The notes beneath the pieces were generated by a model, which had not been told where the DNA came from, ran no database searches, and saw only the letters and a list, made by a program, of their open reading frames with translations. From Podarcis tiliguerta (taxonomy: Eukaryota), in the NCBI GenBank assembly GCA_965153285.1, contig OZ229116.1: DNA of 64,000 nucleotides; one strand, given 5' to 3'. Below, piece after piece: positions 63,925-64,000 of the stretch (position 1 is its first letter; every line of letters starts with the position of its first letter). Position numbers and translations under genes: made by a program.

Positions 63925-64000
63925 AATTTTTTAGAAGCCGCCCAGAGTGGCTGGGGCAACCCAGTCAGATGTAGAGCATATAACTAAAGTATTATTATTA
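63925..64000 (+). mobile_element. L2-type 3' end with (TAT)n tail
   Basis: agccgcccagagtggctgggg...acccagtcagatg...tattattatta. Confidence 0.75.

Larger units (their letters stand above)
18067..64000 (+). other. CDH2: CDH2 intron 2 (partial; exon 3 not reached)
   Basis: Starts with donor gtacgg. No prodomain exon 3-like coding sequence was recognised downstream; classical cadherins have a very large intron 2. Confidence 0.85.

Noticed and set aside
1-64000. A novel multi-gene or prokaryote-style system (operon, CRISPR, defence island)
   Set aside because: The window is vertebrate intronic DNA with a single host exon. No intact transposase, RT, integrase or other long ORF was found.

Overview
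Vertebrate genomic DNA; the repeat content (Sauria SINE, tRNA-derived SINEs with CR1-type tails, L2/CR1 fragments, many short MITEs) points to a squamate, probably a lacertid lizard. The window lies inside the N-cadherin gene (CDH2, + strand). It opens in the CpG island just downstream of exon 1 (not in the window), crosses intron 1 and contains the only protein-coding exon I can support: exon 2, 17952-18066, 115 bp, [38 protein letters not shown]. It then runs about 46 kb into the large intron 2 without reaching a recognisable exon 3. Almost all ORFs in the supplied track are spurious or transposon debris. I found no demonstrable new multi-gene system. The best leads are: (1) a 95-bp Penelope-like insert with a 10-bp TSD carrying an intact minimal hammerhead ribozyme core; (2) a sense-oriented DIRS ORF1/LAP2alpha-like remnant behind a splice acceptor that is phase-compatible with CDH2 exon 2 except for one extra C; (3) a candidate 9-nt UGC-type neural microexon; (4) RE1/REST and CTCF motifs in intron 1 and several repeat-free candidate enhancers; (5) a solo LTR with a decayed CGCG target duplication and internal inverted repeats. 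Repeat family names are from recognition, not database searches.
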